DNA of 64,000 nucleotides from Eledone cirrhosa (Eukaryota): NCBI GenBank assembly GCA_964016885.1, contig OZ024746.1, positions 76,198,001 to 76,262,000 of the forward strand, read 5' to 3'. Shown piece by piece: positions 60,247 to 64,000 of this stretch (position 1 is its first letter; each line of letters starts with the position of its first letter). The notes under the pieces were generated by a model. It saw only the letters and a program-made list of their open reading frames with translations, ran no database searches and was not told where the DNA came from. The position numbers and the translations under genes were made by a program.

Positions 60247-63200
60247 TATCATTATCATCATCATCATTCAACATCCTTTTGCCCTGCTAGAAAGGGTTAG
60301 ATGGGTCTACTTAGACTAAGTCAGTACTGAAGCAAGGCCGGGGGTCTGAATCTTGCTTACATACAGCCTCACATTCTGAATGCACCAGCACAAGAGAGGT
60401 CGTCATGTCTTTGATTATTAAATAATAATAATAATAATGAAATTATTGTGTAAAGTGCTCAGGTGCACTACAACTCGTCAATATAGTACATAGAATAATT
60501 GTTTCTACATTTGGCACAAGGCCAGCAATTACCCAGAACATTACTGGTACTTTATTTTATCGACCCCGTAAGGATGAAAGGCAAAGTTAACCTCGGCGGG
60601 ATTTGAACTCAGACTGTAAAGGGACGTAACTATGCTGGAACCTCTACCGATACTGTCCAACCCTCTACCGATACTGCCAAGAATAATACACAAATGCCAG
60701 GGAAGTATATGTGTGTATGTGTTAGCTGTAGTGTTGGCGGATCTCGGGAAGCATGGAGGCCTTAAAGGATGCAGTGTCTCAACAGCTAACAACTGATGCA
60801 GGTAGTTTGTTCCATGCTTCAGCAACTCTGAGCGTGAAAAAATGTTTCCGAAAGTCATGGGAACTGTGCTGTTTTCTTACTTTGTGGGCATGTCCACGTG
60901 TGTTAGACACATGGAAATCGAAAAGGTACTCAGGGTTGTTGTTGGCAACATGGTTAACAATTTTGTGGGTGTTTACCAAGTCAGTTGCCAGGCGTCGGAG
61001 CTTCAATGAATCCATGCCCAGGGAAGCAAGGCGCTCAGAGTATGGTAGATGCCTGATGGAAGGTATTCGCTTGGTTGCACGTCTCTGAACAGTTTCCAGG
61101 CGGTCAATGTCCTTGATATATAATTTTATAGATATATTTTGTATATTTGCTTCCTAGTGTATTGTTGTTTTTGTTGTAGTTATAGTTCATACCTAGATAG
61201 GTTTAGCTGGCCTCCTATGAGATTGCATTTCATTGAAGGTTTCTTGGGTATTACAATGACATGGGCCTCAGCCATATCATGGAAAAACTCTCCTCTAGAC
61301 CAGATACCTAACTGAATGAACTGGAACAACATGAAGTGAAGCGTCATCCTTAAGAATATAACATGCTGCCAGGACTAGGAATTGAACCCACTCCTACACA
61401 ATCCAACACCCTAACTAGTAGGCTATGTACCATCACAGTTCAATACTTTAACCATTTGGTCATACATATTCATGTTGTAAAATGAAAATATTTACAATCA
61501 GTTTTAAAATATTCTTTTTCTTGATGTAAATAAATAAACAAACATTTCAAAGCACTATAGTCTAATTATCATCAACATCATCAATGTTTAACGTCCATTT
61601 TCCACACTTGCATGGGTTAAACAGGTTGTCGCATTATGAAACAAATCAGGTGACCACGTCTCGCTCATGTGGACATGTATTTTGGCTTAGTTTCTACAGC
61701 TGGATGCTCTGACTAGTACCAACCTTGTTACAGTGTGAACTGGGTACTTTTAATCATGGCATCAAACATTGTGAGATATGTGGTTATGATTGTTCTGGAA
61801 AAGCCAGAACAATGCAAGAGTGAATACTAAAGAAAGAAAAAGAAAAAACACTTTACACTTTTAATCCTTTTGAATACCAAATCACCTATAACTGGCCTTG
61901 GTTGTTTGATATAGTCTTGTTTGTTTTAAAGTGTTTATATTTATCTTTAAAAAACATCATAACTTTATGTAAGAACCTTTATTAAATTATGTTCCAAACA
62001 TTAACTTTATAATGATAAAGTTAATTATATTATTAACAGGATTATTAATTATATTATCAAATTCTTCTAAATTTTTGATTACTTTCAAAATTATTTCAAA
62101 ATCATAGGCAGTGTATTTTATTAGTTTGTGACCCTTTGGTGTACATCAGCTGTGGGAACAAGGTAGCAAGGTAAAAGTATTTCATTAAAAATATGGTAAT
62201 GAAAAGGTCAAATAATTGTCTTATATTTCTGGATTTTCCTCTTCTTCCTTTTTCCTTTTAGGTGATGATAGTAACATGCAAGAATATTCTTGAGAATTAC
62301 GTAGGAGAAGCTCCAATAGATGCACGAGAGTTCATACGTCAAATAAAACAATCCGGGTATATCCATGTTGCTGACAGAACAGATATACGACAAATGGGCA
62401 TTGATTTTCTAAATCCAGACAAAATGGTAATTTCATTTCATGTTACACTGATCACTGATGCCTTAACTTCTGATGGGGTTGTAGGGGTGCCAATCATGAC
62501 ATTTTAAACCTGGCAGTGCTCATGCCTCTCTGGATGTGAACACAGTTGATTTTTTCAAGCAGCAAAGAGAGAGAGTGTGAGAAAAAGGACAGGGTGAGAG
62601 AAGGGGTGAGAGAGGGAGAAAGAGAGAGGTTAGGGAGAGAGGGAAGAGGGAGATAAGGAGAGGGAGAGGGATAGAGGGAAATAATCAACCCCTGTAATGA
62701 ACTGGTGTGTAATCAACCTCAAAGGGATGAAAGGCAAAGTTGATCATAACATGATTTAAACTTGCAGTGCAGCAGGCTAGAATGAAAACCACAAAATATG
62801 CTATATAATGCCTTAACAGCTCTGCTCATTCACTAATTCACCAACTATATCATGTAAATAGTTGAAAAAATTTATGAAATATGTATTCTTCTGTCATATT
62901 TTCTTTTTATTCTTTTGTTCTTTTACTGGTTTCAGTCATTAGACTGCAGCCATCAGTCTATCAATCTCTTTTTGTCTTTTCACTTAAATTGATACAAAAT
63001 GACATATAAGAAAAATCAATGGAAATAAATCTATTCAACATGCCACAACCACAGATGAAACTAAGGGTCAGCCAGTCTCATAGTCCTGACCATGCTTATG
63101 ATAATTTATGGTATTGGGTGACATTTGTATAAAAAATATGCTGTGTGGGTTATTGTTATTGTAATTGAAGTTGTTAAGGTTGTTAGTCATATGTTTTTAG

Positions 63201-63392
63201 GCAGAAAAACTACAATCTGGATATCAGAAGGATTTACTGAAAGAGGAAATTATAACACAAGATTTTGAACTGGAATTGCAAGATTTTGCCAACATAGTTG
63301 CTGCTGCTGATGCTGGTGAACTTTTAACAAACAGAACTATCTTTGATATTAGTTTGTTAGTCTTTCCAGAGAACTATGGAGATAATTTAAAG
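58215..63392 (+). CDS. Gene C: divergent third paralog, partial (last exon beyond the window); exons 58215-58284, 59966-60153, 62262-62426, 63201-63392
   Basis: MANIRNLQMFKLLVCVFCYPVLC-ATDMSFFTLGPIKDVLQKGRQLFVDQGAKDVVKSGIVPYHSNLAVRFGQLDREKFIMLGPYAQ-VMIVTCKNILENY...NPDKM-AEKLQSGYQKDLL...ELQDFANIVAAA...IFDISLLVFPENYGDNLK|gt. Intron positions and phases match A/B. Motifs PYHSNLA vs PYHCDLA, VMI, NIV and DISLLVFPE vs DVGVLRYPE align. Confidence 0.8.
58530..58935. repeat. 46-bp minisatellite (dimer of two related 23-bp subunits) in gene C intron 1
   Basis: TTCCTACTATGAATTTTAAATTG + TTCCTATTACAAATTTTTAATTC recurring every 46 nt (58594, 58640, 58686, ...). Confidence 0.9.
59966..60153 (+). CDS. Gene C exon (equivalent to A/B exon 3)
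   Basis: cttag|CTACAGAC...CAG|gtttgt; an alternative in-frame acceptor at 59972 is possible. Confidence 0.8.
60420..61110 (-). mobile_element. CR1/L2-group LINE 3' fragment in gene C intron, interrupted by a SINE (about 60497-60680)
   Basis: Same family as 53590-54240 in reverse; RKHFFTLRVAEAWNKLP. Confidence 0.85.
62262..62426 (+). CDS. Gene C exon (equivalent to A/B exon 4, 36 nt shorter)
   Basis: Strong pyrimidine tract, tag|GTGATGATA...ATG|gtaatt. Confidence 0.8.
63201..63392 (+). CDS. Gene C exon (equivalent to A/B exon 5, 30 nt shorter)
   Basis: tttttag|GCAGAA...AAG|gtatgt. Confidence 0.8.
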
Positions 63393-64000
63393 GTATGTGT
63401 TTATATTTCAAAATTTTATGGAATAGTTGAAATGATATTGAATTAATCTCTGCATATAAAAAGCCAAGTCTTGTACCTCTTTTCTAATTTGTTGGTTTCA
63501 AACACTTTCTCTTGTGTCATAGGAATGGCAACGGAGTAAGCATTAGTTTCATGGAGAAACATAGAAGAATGAGAAATACAATATCATGAAGAGAGGTGCT
63601 TTGGATGGCTATGTAGATAGATGGGAAATTCTACTGATGATTGAGTGTTTCATCTTATGGTTTTGCCATTCATTTTTCATTCATGAAATAGCGCTATATA
63701 GAATTATGAAATCTTAGAATTTTACCTTTCTTAAGTGAGTTTTTTACTTGATATCAGATTTGAAAATAATCGAAATTTTAACATCTACATAAGTTCTTTA
63801 GCTTGCTATTAGATTTTTCTTTGGCAATGTAGCTATGTATATATGTGTGTGTGAGTGTGTGTATGTATGGATATGGATGTTAAGAATCGATCTTATAACA
63901 TCTTTTCTCTCTGATCTTCTTATACCATTGCACCTGTATAATTTGTACAAACACGTATAATGTGGATACATTTGTCTCGACAAAACCTTACCCTTGCATT

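Noticed and set aside
59974-60300. 108-aa ORF with a poly-His tail
   Set aside because: Only 59966-60153 is exon (gene C); the rest reads through the donor into an intronic (CAT)n RTE tail

Overview
AT-rich, microsatellite- and retroelement-dense animal DNA. The SINE/RTE content and (TA)n/(TATG)n/(GAT)n tails suggest an octopus or other coleoid cephalopod (inference). Most ORFs in the track are microsatellite translations or decayed LINE fragments. The track misses a + strand tandem cluster of three spliced paralogous genes for secreted proteins that I cannot assign to a named family. Gene A (14954-23744) and gene B (36299-44756) each have 6 exons of identical lengths (73/45/206/201/222/189 nt), encode 311 aa and are about 50% identical by hand alignment. 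Gene C (58215 to beyond the window) is divergent and has in-frame deletions. All three begin with a signal-peptide exon. A and B have a (T/S)A-DA-EP-Q propeptide-like motif, an amphipathic N-terminal helix and a beta-rich C-terminus, which makes a pore-forming or venom/defence family a testable hypothesis. Mobile DNA includes: R4/Dong-like LINE fragments stacked in (TATG)n; an intact-RT Tx1/L1-clade LINE in (TTA)n inside gene B; RTE and CR1 fragments; a non-autonomous Gypsy-type LTR element with an extended tRNA-Trp PBS; a non-autonomous Helitron; Penelope-like palindromes with a hammerhead-like motif; a 51-bp stem-loop minisatellite; and a 2149-bp tandem duplication.
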